DNA from: Flaccisagitta enflata
Taxonomy: Eukaryota
NCBI GenBank assembly: GCA_965153355.1
Contig: OZ231126.1
Span: forward strand, 27,838,001-27,902,000
DNA length: 64,000 nucleotides
Direction: 5' to 3'
Shown: positions 11,297-24,300 of the stretch, one piece after another
Position numbering within the stretch: position 1 is the stretch's first letter
Layout: every line of letters begins with the position of its first letter
The notes under the pieces: generated by a model
What the model was told of the DNA's origin: nothing
The model's input: only the letters and a program-made list of their open reading frames with translations
Databases searched by the model: none
Made by a program: the position numbers and the translations under genes

Positions 11297-12048
11297 GTAA
11301 GTATTCCGAATACTAAAAGAACGCATGTAAAAATTCATTGCACATTTAAAAGTTTGTTTTCTTTTTCCAAAGCTCGACCAAAAAAATGCTTGTACTAAAA
11401 TTTGTAGCCTGTATGTTTCGCATGTTGGGCTTAACGATGATGGAATAGTAGTTACATATTAAACAAGGTCATTAGACCTAAGTCGCGTGCGTCGGTACTC
11501 TCAAAAAAAGGCAGGCAGGCAGACAGACAGACAAACATTTTTTTTTTCAAAAAGACATTTGGAATGGCTGCCTACTCCTCAAATTTCCTTCTCTCCCATT
11601 CAGAAACATTAAAAACGCTTTAAAAAGCCTGTAAAACAGTTTTGTGACGGACCGACCGACCGACGGACCGACTGACTGACCGACCTAAAAGTGGCTTACA
11701 GAGTCGCGTAGCACGCGACTAAAAATCCATAATATTTTCCCTGAGTGCGACCGTAAAATTATTTATAGTATGTATGTTTCGGTTGTTTCGTATGCTGGGC
11801 TTGACGACGATGTTCGTAAAGGTGGTAGTGCCGAAAAAGTCTTGTTCATGCTCTGGTAGCTTATCATTCTCTTACATCATATCATTACGGTTGAAATAAA
11901 GACGCACAAGGTATGATCATTCTTTTTTTATCGCTACAGTCGGTTGTATGTGTTTAGGGACTCCAACGCACCTCTAATCATGAGCGGTCGTGTCTGTCCG
12001 TTGTTTGGTTGATCTGTCCGTCACACTAACATTATGGCGCGCCTACTA

Positions 12049-12461
12049 CACATGGACGCAAAATATAGCGTGATGAGGCGCCAAAAGCCAAAAAAAAATT
12101 AGCACCCCCCACTACAGCCATATTGGCTGATTGAAAATTCTTTTAGAAAGTCATTTTGAGTAACTTAGGGGAATACAAAGGGCGTCATCAGAGCGATTTT
12201 TGAGATTGTAACTAAAACCTTGAAATTTATCACTTTTACTCATAAAATATACACTCTTGGAAAAGGATAGAAAATAGAGTAAAAAGTGACAAATTTCAAG
12301 GTTCTAGGTACAATCTCAAAATTCCCTCTGATGACGCCACTCATATTCCTCTTAGTGACTCAAATCATCTTTCAAAAGAACATTTCATTCAGCCAAATGG
12401 GCTGTGGTGGGGGGTGCTAAAACTTTTGGCGCCTCATCACGCTGTATTTTGCGTCCATGTG
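12049..12461. mobile_element. palindromic MITE, TA TSD
   Basis: TA|CACATGGACGCAAAATATAGCGTGATGAGGCGCCAAAAG...CTTTTGGCGCCTCATCACGCTGTATTTTGCGTCCATGTG|TA. Arms pair over nearly the whole length. Confidence 0.85.
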
Positions 12462-12702
12462 TAATTGATTGATTTTTTCCCCCAAGTCCCGATGGTTTTT
12501 TTTCATGATCACTATTCTCTTCCCCGTGTTTGCCTTTTAAATCAAATTCATACACAAATTAAATCGTGAACCAGCGCCACTCCAATGATATGGTAGTATA
12601 GCGGATTTTTTTTGGGAGATGGTGGTATTTTAATACAAGTCTAAGCGCATGAATCTAACGACTATTTTTTGTTGATCGAAGTGTTTTTTGTTCTCCATTC
12701 AG

Positions 12703-12805
12703 TCCAATTTGGTTCATCTTCGCAAGAAATGTAATCCAAACGGCAGCATGGCATCCATGGACTCCATTTCCACGGACATTACCACTTCTCCCAGCTCCGG
12801 AAAAG
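12703..12805 (+). CDS. CARMIL: CARMIL exon (start of disordered tail)
   Basis: ccattcag|TCC...AAAG|gtaatt, phase 0-1, in frame with the previous exon: SNLVHLRKKCNPNGSMASMDSISTDITTSPSSGK. Confidence 0.8.
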
Positions 12806-14233
12806 GTAATTTAGGATGCACTGCGTTTCAAAAGATAGCGAAAAAAGAAAGGGAAGAAAAAAAAGCCGCAACAAAGGTATAAAGAAAAATGAAACAAAGC
12901 AGAAAGAAAGAGAAAGATAGAAAAACAGACGAAGGTAAAGAAAGTAAAAGAAAGAAAAAGTATGAAAGAAAGAAACAGAGAGACTGAGACAGAATAGAAA
13001 AAAACAGCAAGCAAAAAAGACAAAGGGAAAAGAAAAAAAGCGACAGGGCAGGAAGGAAGGAAGGAAGGAAGGAAGGAAGGAAGGAAGGAAGGAAGGAAGG
13101 AAGGAAGGCAGGCAGGCAAGTCATCCAAGGATCGCACATTGTCAGCAGTGCCCGATGCCCTGCTTGGAGTGAAAGCTGAAGAAGTGGAGTGAGAGCAGAG
13201 CAGCGACCCCAAAGGGCCGATGTCCTGTGGGACACAGGGGTGAATTTCCAAACATCCTGAGAGGGCAATTTTCCATGACATTCAATGGGGTTTTCTATTG
13301 TCATCAAATTCGCATCAATTTGCCATGTTATTCAATGGGAATTTCATATTTTTTTCATCAGTTTTCCATGTTATTCAATGGGAAGTTTGCATTTTTTCAA
13401 TTTCCCATATTATTCAATGGAAATTTGAGGCTTGAGAAGCTCGGGGGGGGGGACGGACGGACGTATGGAAATACACTTTTGTGTCCTACAGGACATCGGC
13501 CCTTTGGGGCCGCTGCCCAAAAAGGAAGGAAGGAATAGTCGCAAAAGCGTTAGATGGTCAGCGGTACCCGTTGCCCCTATGTGAGTATATGTGGGTTGTG
13601 ATGGTGAGAGGGGCAGCGGCCCCAAAGGGGCCGATGACCTATGCTCAGTAAGTTTCTGAAGATCTAGGGTTGAAAGTGAGCATCAATAATAGGATTTTAG
13701 CCTCGAGGTTGGGATTTGGGATTTGAGCCTCGAGGGTGGGATTTGAGCCTCAAGGTTGGGATGTGAGTCTGTGGCTGGGGTTTGAGCCTTAAGGCTGGGA
13801 TTTGAGCCTCGAAGCTGGGATTTGAGCTTCAAGTTTGGGATTTGAGCATCAATGCTAGGGTTTGAGTCTCTTGTTTGGGATTTGAGCTTCTAGGCTAGGA
13901 TTTGAACCTCAAAGTTGGGATGTGAGCCTCGAGGTTGGGATGTGAGACTGGAGGTTGGGATTTGGGCCTTGAGGCTAGAATTTGGGCCTCGAGACTAGGA
14001 TTTAGGCCTATAGGTTGGGATTTGAGCTTCAAGGTTAGAATATCAGCTTCGAAGGGGGTGGACGGAGAAGAAGAAGGAGGAGGAGGAGAAGGAGGAGAAA
14101 TTTCTCCTGTGTGAAAGCATAGGTCATCGGCCCCTTCGGGGCCGCTGCCCAAAAAGGGATTATTTGCTCTCTCACTTGCTGTAACAAAACCTCACCTCAT
14201 TAAAATAAAAAACAAAATACAAAACTGTTTCAG

Positions 14234-14535
14234 CTTCTCCGAGCCTTTCTTACGGTCCGCCCAAATCGCCTACATTTCCGTCGAGGGAATCTCTCGTCGA
14301 ATCCACTTCTTCCGGCGTCGAATTCCAAGACTCGGTAGTCGAGATTACCGCCGTCAAAGACGCCTCATTCGCAGATTCCGAAGAGTCTGGTCAACCGCCT
14401 CCGCCGCCGATGAAAAAACGAACTTCCGTCAACGCCAACCCTCCAAAAGACGCGCCCGCAGCCTCAACTATCGACGCCGAGGAGAAAACCGAGAGCCCAC
14501 ACAAAAACTTCGATGCTAGTCAACCACATCACGAG
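14234..14535 (+). CDS. CARMIL: CARMIL tail exon (Ser/Pro/Glu-rich)
   Basis: gtttcag|CT...CACGAG|gtaaat, phase 1-0, open frame ASPSLSYGPPKSPTFPSRES...PPPPPMKKR...QPHHE. GC-rich island in an AT-rich intron. Confidence 0.75.
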
Positions 14536-14806
14536 GTAAATCAAGTCATTTCTTTCTTATTTTCCCATTGATCCGGCGCTTTAGTCTATGATCTCTCTGA
14601 TCCGTCGTTGGTCTTAGGTCGTTGGTCTGTTCGTAAGACCGTTGAAGTCGTAAATTTATCGTTACCTCATATTACAACTAATTTCTCGCAATCAATGTAA
14701 GAAGAAATCCTTGCAATGATCACTACGGGCTTAACCTAACAGCATGAATACGGCTTATTGATTTTTTTTTTCTGCGCGCTTCTTTTTTCTCACTCGCCAA
14801 AAATAG

Positions 14807-14869
14807 ATCCCTATTCCGCGGCTTACCCCCAGCCGTCAAGCCCCCAAGCCTCGATTAGTGGCTTTTCAG
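14807..14869 (+). CDS. candidate 63-nt cassette exon
   Basis: Polypyrimidine tract + aatag| ... TTTCAG|gtatac. Phase 0 reads IPIPRLTPSRQAPKPRLVAFQ; phase 1 is also open. Confidence 0.35.
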
Positions 14870-15650
14870 GTATACAAGCGTTAAAGCTCCACAAAACTTC
14901 ATGAGATTGCCGTGGGATGATCCATCACTCACATGATAGTGTAGCACTTTCTTTTTTGTTTTGATGTTTCACGTGATTTCCCACGATATTTCAAGCATCA
15001 TTCTCTCGAGCTCTCAACTTTTGATAGCATAAAAATTTTAAGATGATTTGCCGTGACACAGCTTTTGCGCCGTTCGTCTGTGGACCTATTTGCTGGATGG
15101 GGTAGTCGGGTCGGGTTGATGACTTAGGAATTGGTTTTCCGATTCGAAGCCTCACCCAGCGATAAAGCCAGAAATTTCATTGATTTGCACCACAATGAAT
15201 AACTGCGGTGATATTTTACACTCTCGTGGACCCCTACCGCGCCGCGCCGACCGCCGTGTTCTCTCCGGTTTCGCACATTAGGTTTCCCACCATCTTTCTC
15301 TCTTTCTCTCTCTCTCTTTCTCTCTTTCTCTCTTTCTCTCTCTCTTTCTCCTCATTTCTCATTAACTGTGCCGATTTTTCTGTCTTGTCCTCTTTTTCAC
15401 GATTGGAAATTTTCCTCGAGTCACCGCACTTCATGTCTATCATCAGAGCTCTCCCTGAGTTCAAACGTCATCTTACCTTATTTTTTCCCACGCCTTTGTT
15501 TCTCTCTTTTTTTTTTAACTTATCCGTTCTACCATTTATAACAATCCAACAATAACAACGACAACAACCTTAAAGAAACGAACGGTAACCGGATTCTGGA
15601 AGTCTTTTCGGCGTCGTCCCGCCCGTTGCCACGCCTCTGATCACGCTCAG

Positions 15651-16883
15651 TCATCTCACGCCCTCTTGCATTCCACCTCTTCCTCTTCTCGTTCTTCGTC
15701 ATCATTCTCACTCGACGCCGGCGGCGGCGGTGGCGGCGGCGGCGTTTCCAACAGCGCCGCTCTCGACGCCGCTTCGCCCATCGTCCATTTCTCGGCTTTT
15801 CCTCGTCTTCTCAAGCAGAAAATGAGAAAGGCCGAAAGTCCTTTGAGAGTCAAATCGGCGATAGGAGGAACCGCCACTGCGGCTAAAGCAGGAGCAGAAG
15901 CGGCAGTTACAACATCAATCGAAGCAGCAGCAAGTGCAACTACACAGGCTCTCTCATCTAACCAAGCCGCTCCTCCTCCACCACCTTTGTCTAGTAAGAA
16001 TGATTCCCCTTTGGTCGTTCGGCATTTGCTGCCAGGCTTACCGGCCGATGGGATACTTCCGTATGTCATGGATCGCAGCGTCTCTTTCACGCTCGGTCGG
16101 TCGCGACATCGACGCTCTTCTAACGCCGTCCCATCCGCCGCCGCCGCCGCTTCTGGTTCCACTCTACCTATTCGAGATGAAGGTGGCCTTTCCCGCGCTT
16201 TCAGCGTTCAAAAGATTCACCTTCGACCTTTGCCGCCTACTCCCGCACCCACGCCGGTATCCTCCGGCAGAAGCGAATCGGCGAAAAGTCGCGAATCCGG
16301 CGGCATTTCAGCTCCTTCGCGAAATTCTACATCCCACGATTCACCAACGACATGGAGGGAAGAAAATGCCACCGAGAAGCGCGGCCCACTTCCGGTTACG
16401 CCTCATTCTTGCCGACGCGTGTTGATGAAGGCCGTCAAAAATTGCCGGAAAAACAACAACAACAACGGCACCTACAAGCGCGAAAGAATGTCCAGGTCCG
16501 AGGACTGTTTGGATTCGAAATTGAGAATGGAGGACAAGGCCAAGGCGGCGGTCAAGGGCTGGCCACTGGATGAGTCTGTCGTGAACAGCCGCGAAGGGAA
16601 CGCAGAAACTTATCGCGAAAGACGATCAAGCATCGACGAGCTGACTTATTATTCCACGTGGTGCGTCGTGCGGAGAAGTGGGAAAAAAGAATTTGGTTCT
16701 CGTGTCTGTTTGCGTCCGCGATCCATGGACGTTGCTCTTTTGTTAAAACGGAGTTCCGGGTCACCGATGCTGCTGCCATCTTCGAGCGGAGATCGGGAAA
16801 AATGTTCCTTGGACCATAGAGGAAAATTTTACGTCATGAAGCGCACTCCGTCGCAAGAGTCGATAGAACGGTGTGATCGCAAA
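15651..16883 (+). CDS. large low-complexity exon (~411 aa), possibly an alternative CARMIL tail exon
   Basis: ORF 15666-16892 extends to a phase-0 acceptor (ctgatcacgctcag|) and ends at AAA|gtgagt. GC-rich, Ser/Ala/Arg/Pro-rich. The 5' boundary is uncertain; it could instead start at the ATG at 15822. Confidence 0.55.
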
Positions 16884-16977
16884 GTGAGTTGAGTTTAAGA
16901 AAAGATGAGAAAAAAATTGTACTCAGTCATGATGAATGATGATGCAATAATTGTACCGTATTTTATGATACAATCAT

Positions 16978-18012
16978 GGGTAATTTCAGGAGAAACCAAC
17001 CAAATCATAAAACCCTCAAATCATGGATTTTGCTTATTTATGGTGTACAGGTGCGCCCTGGGAAGTTATTTACAGATCTTGAATCTTTTCGTTTTACGAC
17101 CAATATTTTAGATTTTATGGCCGTTTGAAATTTTTGAAATTTTGGGAAATTTTAGGAATTTTGCAATGTTTGAAAGGTCATAACTCCTATAGAATTTTGA
17201 GAAAAGAGGTGATCATGGTATCAGTCTTCTAGTTTTAACCTAGAGAATCTAATGGAGCAAAAAAATTTTCCAAAAAAAGTTGATATGATAGTTTTTTTGC
17301 CTATGCGGGGCCATTTTGGGTACCCCTAGGTACCTAGTACGATGAAATTTGGTGAAAAAATTTGGAAAAAGCTCTTTAATGTTTTTTTATTCATATTCAA
17401 AAGATAAAAAAAATGGCCCTTTTTCTCAAAGATATCGAAATAAGGGGTCAAAGTTGACTCCTTTGAATCCTAGCTCCTGATTGGCTGTTTAGTCCAATCG
17501 CTGACCAATCAGGAGCCAGGATTCAAAGGACTCGACTTTGACCACTTATTTTAGGATCTTTGAGAAAAAGGGCCATTTTTTTTTCTTTTGGATATGAATC
17601 AAAAAACTTTAAAGAACTTTTTCCAAATATTTTTTTACCAAATTTCATCGTACTAGGTACCTAGGGGTACCCAAAATGGCCCCGCATAGGCAAAAAAACT
17701 ATCATATCAACTTTTTTCAGAAAATTTTTTTGCTCCATTAGATTCTCTAGGTTAAAACTAGTAGATTGATACCAAGATCACTTCTTTTCTAAAAATACTA
17801 TTGGAGTTATGACCTTTCAAACATTGCAAAATTCCTAAAATTTCCCAAAATTTCCAAAATTTCAAACGGCCATAAAATCTAATATATTGGTCGTAAAACG
17901 AAAAGATTCAGGATCTGTAAATAACTTCCTAGGGCGCACCTGTACACCAAAAATAAAGAAAATCCATGATTTGAGGGTTTTATGATTTGGTTGGTTTCTC
18001 CTGAAATTACCC
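16978..18012. mobile_element. ~1-kb near-perfect palindromic (foldback-like) element
   Basis: GGGTAATTTCAGGAGAAACCAACC... pairs with ...GGTTGGTTTCTCCTGAAATTACCC. ~510-bp arms, ~20-nt spacer near 17495, no clear TSD. Confidence 0.9.
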
Positions 18013-18070
18013 TTATGCACCCACAGACGCTTGTCAACGCGCAGTCACAAATACACGCGGTCGCACTTAA

Positions 18071-18151
18071 CACACGCACACACACGCACACGCACGCACA
18101 CACACGCACACACACGCACACACACGCACACACACGCACACACACGCACAC

Positions 18152-18218
<67 letters not shown>

Positions 18219-18260
18219 CACACGCACACACGCACACGCACACACAAACACGCACACACT
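18071..18260. repeat. (CA)n/(CACG)n microsatellite
   Basis: Direct inspection. Other microsatellites: (GGAA)n 13050-13116, (CTTT)n ~38840-38915, (TC)n 52650-52725, (GA)n 55070-55135 and 57316-57380. Confidence 0.95.
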
Positions 18261-18353
18261 CTCTGACTCTTAAGATACGCAGGCGCCCGTTGCACTCATA
18301 ATCGCTCTTTTATCTCCTCGCTTCATCCTCCCAATGATTCCATCACAATTCAG

Positions 18354-18989
18354 CTGAGGCATTCCATTTCCGCTGACTCCAACATTCATCGCGCCTCTGC
18401 GTCAAAATCAACCCTACAACCAACGCCAACTCAGAGCAGCCCAAATTTGATCCCTGTGAAATATCTACTGCCTCAACAATCAGAATCCCCTTCTTCATTT
18501 TCTACCTTCGATGGCCACGATGGACACTCTCCTTCGTTAGCGAGCGAGAGGAAAAAGGAAAAGGGAAACAAGAAGGAGGAAGATCCTTGTCTGAATAATG
18601 ACCGGCGATGTTACTACGCGAGGCGCGCGAGTGGAAAAGAAAATCAAGCGAGAAAAGAAGCCGGTTCTGACTGGCGCGATCGAGCGGAAATTCGCGCGGG
18701 TCATAATGTGTGTCATTCGCCGGCTGAGGTGAGCGGCGCCGCGCTTAGTAGCGATGAAACCGCTGCTTCGCGGACCTTCGTTGGAAGTGACGCCGCGCTC
18801 AGTGCCACGGAAATCAATACTACAGCTTCGGAGAGTGCCGCGCAGGTCGATGTCATTTACGACGCGCCGTGGCGAAGTCTAGAATGGCGGCGAGATTCGC
18901 CGTGGCTTAGCCTTCCGTGGCGCCGTAAATTGCATCATTGTCGTCTGTCGCACCGTCATACGCGCGAGGATATGGTTGAGGTCACTTAG
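18354..18989 (+). CDS. exon continuing the 15651-16883 frame (LRHSISADSNIHR...); 3' end uncertain
   Basis: acaattcag|CTG phase-0 acceptor in frame with ORF 18447-18989. Ends at TAG 18987-18989 or at an internal donor (e.g. GAG|gtgagc at 18728). Confidence 0.5.
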   Translation: MRHSISADSNIHRASASKSTLQPTPTQSSPNLIPVKYLLPQQSESPSSFSTFDGHDGHSPSLASERKKEKGNKKEEDPCLNNDRRCYYARRASGKENQARKEAGSDWRDRAEIRAGHNVCHSPAEVSGAALSSDETAASRTFVGSDAALSATEINTTASESAAQVDVIYDAPWRSLEWRRDSPWLSLPWRRKLHHCRLSHRHTREDMVEVT

Positions 18990-19232
18990 CTGACTTTGAA
19001 GGAGCGCTGCTCCTAAACAAATAGAGCTACTAACCCCAAATTGGTCGGGTGGGCGGGGGCATCCAACCCCCATTCACGCCCTAACTCCCTCCTCACACAC
19101 AAAATATACACACAAAGTATCTAAAACGCTTGTATTTCCACTTTACCATTCGATCACCATGAATGGAACATTGGACCGACGGACTAACAGATGGACTGAT
19201 GGACCCATGGACGGATGGTTAAAACCTCTTAT

Positions 19233-20016
19233 GTCGGGATGCAAACGAAGGCAAAGTTCCGATTTCAGACTCTTTTTACAATTATATGAATACCAGATTA
19301 TAGATCATTAAATGAAATTTATAGTTTTGTAGTTTAGAAATATCTTATTAGTAAAGAAAACCTAGTATAATAAAGTCATTGGCATTGCTTCAATTTATTA
19401 AGACAAGAAATGATCACTCAAAGCAATAAATTCTTTCAAAATGATAGAGTAAAAATTCAGAACTTCTGAAGGGAAAATTTTAAAACTTAAATGAATTGAA
19501 TAATTTTCCATTTGTAAGAACATGGCCCTTATCTTATATGTTCTTAGAATGAGGCCATGTTTTTAAAAATGCACTGTTTTTCAGGGGTGTATATAATTGA
19601 GCGGCTTTTGATTTTATTCCCCCCCTGCCTTTGATTTTCTTTCCCGCGACGCGTCACATCACGTTATAAAATCTATGATTTTCTTCCCCACAAAGCAAGA
19701 AAACAGTATATTTGAGGTTTGAATAGTGTTAAAATGTATTGAAGTAATCAGAGACTACCATTTGGAACTACCAAAAGTGTTAAATCTTCATATTTTTAGC
19801 TTTTAATTTTTTTCCCCATCTTCAAACCCTTAGATTTTATTCTCAACTTTATACACACCTGCTGTTTTTTTATCTACCAATTTTTTCCCATGCAAAATCA
19901 AAATAGATGCAATATGATAATTATATTCTTTGATGAAAAAAATAAAAGCAGTAAAATTTTTAATATTAAAAAAATTGATTTGACTCTTGAAATTTGGTCT
20001 TCGTTTGCACCTCGAC
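19233..20016. mobile_element. TIR element with 4-bp TTAT TSD
   Basis: TTAT|GTCGGGATGCAAACGAAG...CTTCGTTTGCACCTCGAC|TTAT. Confidence 0.75.
19582..19861. mobile_element. hAT-like MITE (related copy 48017-48291, opposite orientation)
   Basis: CTGTTTTT|CAGGGGTGTATA...TATACACACCTG|CTGTTTTT, 8-bp TSD. Confidence 0.85.
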
Positions 20017-20695
20017 TTATTGAGTTACATTTCTGCAACTAAAAAGTTGTTAATACTCTTTCTAGGGTCTGTAGCTTTATTCGTTTAGGAGCAGCACTCT
20101 TTGGAAGTTGAGAGCTAGTCCAGATGTCTCCGGTCATCCTGTTGACCTATTTGTTAAGACATTTGCGATGCGATGATGGTGAATGAATTTCACTCTTTGA
20201 TTGAATGTTTTTCCAAAACTAGTTCTTGGGGCGCCAAAGATATGCGTCCGCGTGTCAGTCTTGTCCTGCTAAAAATTGCATGCTTGAAATATCGCTGGGT
20301 AATTACACTTAATGCAGTAGTCATTAGTCTTGTATCTTGTGTTTCAGTAGTTGCTAGCTAACTTGCTAGTATAGTAGTTTCTCTTGGGGAGATGGAGTTC
20401 AGGGGTAGTCCATGAGCTAATTTACCCACTGTGATTGGCATAAATTTACTGAGCCCTTCACCCCGATTGCTAGTCGCACCGGCTTAGATGAACCCTCAAC
20501 ACTCCTAGTTCAACTTGGCTCTCTTTTTAGGAACCTGAAAGACCAACCCCTGCCACTGCTGCAGACTGGAGGAACTTCACACTGACACGAAAATCGCGAC
20601 CACAGTCTTCCATCATACGTAAGTGTGTTTCATGTTTTTGATATCAAGGTGTGTGTGTGTGCGCGTGCGTGTGTTTGTGTGTGTGTGTGCCCCTA

Positions 20696-21012
20696 CCGTA
20701 TTTTTTTCTAAAAAGCGCCCCGGGCTCTTTTGAAATTGAAATAAGACTTTGCTTTTTAACCCTTCAATAAGCGCCCCTTTATATTGTAGATGAACTGTCA
20801 TTCAGTCTATCTTTTTCATGAAAGGCTACCAAAATGCTAAATTTGACTGAAAATGAAGATATTCATTGCGTATATCTGATTGAAAGTCTCTGAAAATGTT
20901 TTTTTGCGTTATATTGTTTCATCATTTTACTCAATATTTCTGAACAAATCTCTGTTGAAAAGTGTAATGCTAAGATAAAAGAGGGGGGGGCGCTTTTTAG
21001 AAAAAAATACGG
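20696..21012. mobile_element. Tc1/mariner-like MITE inside a (GT)n tract
   Basis: TA|CCGTATTTTTTTCTAAAAAGCGCCCC...GGGGCGCTTTTTAGAAAAAAATACGG|TA. Confidence 0.85.
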
Positions 21013-21112
21013 TATTTGTGCGTATGTTTGTGTATGTGCGTGTGTGTGTGTATGTGCGTGTATGTGCGTACGTGTGTGCGTATGTGTGTGTGTGTATGTG
21101 CGTATGTGTATG

Positions 21113-21328
21113 CAGTCTATGGACAAAACGATATTTGTGTATATTGCGGTGGTGTGACATGATTCATTGATGAAGATTATTGTAAATGGTAGAAATAGAA
21201 TTAGACCGTAGAACATTCCGACCTGTATTCTAGGGTCTAATTTTATTTCTACCTTTTTCATTAATCTTTGTCGGTGAATCATCTCATGCAACCGCAATAT
21301 ACACAAATATCGTTTTGTCCATTGACTG
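21113..21328. mobile_element. MITE with CAGTCTAYGGACAAAACGA termini
   Basis: ~38-bp TIR; same termini as 53533-54013. Confidence 0.8.
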
Positions 21329-24300
21329 TATGTGTGCGTAGGTGTGTGTGTATGTAATACTACGTATGTGCGTGTATGTGTGTATGTGCGTGTATGTGCA
21401 TGTGTGTATGTGCGTACGTGTGTGCGTATGTGTGTGCGTATGTGCGTACGTGTATGTATTTGCGTGTGCGTGAGTGAGCGCGTGTTTGTATAAACTGGGT
21501 AAAGATGATAAAGCTTCATCGTGGGAAACCGGGAAAGTTAGAATTTTTTTTTGTCATGCATTATTGTAGGCCTATATAGATAGAAAAGGCAAAGATTCGT
21601 TTTGCAGCTACCACATTTCATCATGAAAGTATTAATTCTAGATTACGCATATCACGATGACTCATAACGGTTTTCTAGATCATCCATCACGAAAATAGAA
21701 ATGACCGGCCATCCTCACTCAAGAGAAAAAAAATCTTCCTCGGGTGACGTAAAATCCATTAATTTTCGTCGTAAATTTTCTCGACTTTTGGGCGATGTTC
21801 TCACACGAAACTACTCCTTTTACATCTTCCGTAGTGAATCGTGCGAAAATAATATCTCCCAACTATATTCGATTCAGTCGGGTTTGCGTCTCTTCATGGT
21901 TTATGGAATTGAACAGCATCAAAGTATTCACACTGACATTCGACATCCCAGAACTGTTGTTTTTAAAAACCTCAAACAATTACTGCTCACGACCAAAGCC
22001 CTCTGAAAATTATAACGTGTACTCTTGAAAAAAGAAGAAATTAGTTGGCAACCGAATCGAGTGTTAAATGATTCGTCAAAATCCCTTAAATTCTTTCAAA
22101 TGTTGTCTTTCTTAAAATTCCCATGTTTGTCTTCCCCCGTCGCTGGTTGTAGGGAGGGAAAAACTATTTGGAGAAAAAAAACAAGGCCAAGTACGCCGAT
22201 GTGTGCGGCGAATGGATGAAGATATGGATTAGGTCATGAATGAGAGAAAGAGAGAATGTGTGAGTGCAATATTGCTGGAGTAATTCATTTATTCTAGCAT
22301 GCCGCTAGGTAAGCGTTAACTACAGAAGTAATGAATGCATACCTGCGCGTAGGGCTAGGAATTTGTGCAAATATGATTGCATTCATGAAGGAGAAAGTGT
22401 TGGCGGACGGGCATATCCTACAGTAGATGTGCGAGGTCAAACCTAACGCTAGACGCTCTCTCTTTCTCGGCAATCAAAACTGATCATCCCTCGATGATTT
22501 CGTTTTGATATATCAAAGATCCTTTTCTTATCCCCCGATTCCATTCTTTCGGTTTTAAAAATCCTTTCTCCCTTCTTCACGCTCGCTTTTTTTTCAAAAT
22601 AGAAGATTTTCTCTGGTTTTTCTTTATTTGGTTGCGTTTAATCCTTGGATCGAGTTCCAGTTTATTTGTCTTTCCCTTCTTTTCCGTTTACAACCTGTAT
22701 TTGCCTACTCGTCGTCGTTTGATCCCGCCATAGTTTAGCAACCGACGGACTATTGGGGGCCTTTTTTCTGGGAAAGAAAAATAACATTTTTTCTTCTCCT
22801 TTCTGGGACAGCGGCTTTAAAAGGGTCAACTTCCAGATGTACAGAGAATTTATTACTCCTCACCCACAACAGCTTTGAAGTTGGATATTTTGATACCAGA
22901 AACATCACTTTGCAGCAGACTCAGGCTATTATGACGCTTAAATCTAAAAATGGTAACCTGTATACAAGGATTTGGGCCCGATTCTTGCAATAAGTGTGTT
23001 TGCGGCCATTAATTAGCCATTTCAAGATGCTGTCCTGCATGTATACTTTTCATGCAGTTCTCGTGGCAGGGTCACCACTGACCATGTGAGCCTGGACGAA
23101 TGTCTCCCTCTCTCTTTTTCCCCTCCCCTCTTTTTCCCCAGTTTTCACTGGATGGCATTGAATCGACTTGACTGATGTTATTACTGTCAAATGTTTGCCA
23201 CGCAATAGCATGGTCAACAAACAAGATACAGTAAATGGACAAAAAATCCTCAAAAAGAAATACGGCTCATTCCCTATCTCGTACTTAAGTTTCAAATTCA
23301 AGAGCGATTAAAAATGGGGAAAGAAAAAGGAAATCTCCACTTCTCTTTAATATCTGCATCTTTCGTATTCTATTTGTATGAGCACAAAAAAGTGTATGGT
23401 CACCACTCCCATCCACTTCATATCATATTTTTTTTTCAAATCACAAGAGGGAAAGGCGATTAGATGTGAGGGCCTTTGAGGGGATAAATATATCCTGAAG
23501 TCGCTGCTCCTGATGGTCGGAGCTTCTGGCTGTCCGTTCGGCTGTGCTTCCGCCTGCTATGTCACTGAACACGTACCTCAGGCCTTGTTTAACATACCAC
23601 TCAACCGCTACTGAATTAGGTCGGCCTAATTCAGGGAACGAGCGTCTTCTGCTGTTAAGGCGAGCTTTTATCTCTCTCCCAGCTTCCCTTCGTCGTCGTA
23701 GTCGTCACCTCCGCTCCTTTTATCTCCCCTTCAACGTTATCAGTAAATTCTAACATAGGTTTGCGAAGTAATGAAGCGTAAGATACACGAATAAGGGAGT
23801 TCTCTCAGTTTCCAACGCCGTCTGAGTCCATTTTACGGTTTCGCTTTTTGTTACGTTTTCGTCGTCATAACAACGTAATCGCATTATTGTCGTCATCGTC
23901 GTCGTCATGGTAATCGTCATCGATTACCATGCTAATCGTCATCGATTACGTCATTTTTGTCAAATTTTCATTATTGCATTCTTGATTCCACGCCATTGCC
24001 CGCGATCGTCTTTCCCCCACGGCCTCTACTGTCTCGTCATTAGTATGGATGAAGTTCTGACTCTTTCTCTATCGGCGCTACCACTACCAATAAAGGCGGC
24101 TCTCGCCGACCGGAAAAAAGTCGTAAATGGGAGTCTTTTTTTCATTGCATCTTCTTCTGTGTGCATCTCATGATGTCTGGTTGACTGCCTGCCTGTTTTT
24201 GTTATTCAATCTGTCTCTCTGCGTCTCTTTTTTGGTCTTCCTTTGTCTTTTAGTGAGTGCGTGTGTGCTTGCGTGTGTGTGTGTGTCTCTCTCTCTTTCT

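Noticed and set aside
15934-15975. LSHLTK resembling the CARMIL CPI motif
   Set aside because: It lies in an alternative frame of the large exon and lacks the RPK part of the motif.
17879-18295. VC/TH/ER/SL dipeptide-repeat ORFs (also at 12811, 20863, 43601, 52569, 55014, 62799)
   Set aside because: Translations of microsatellites and minisatellites.
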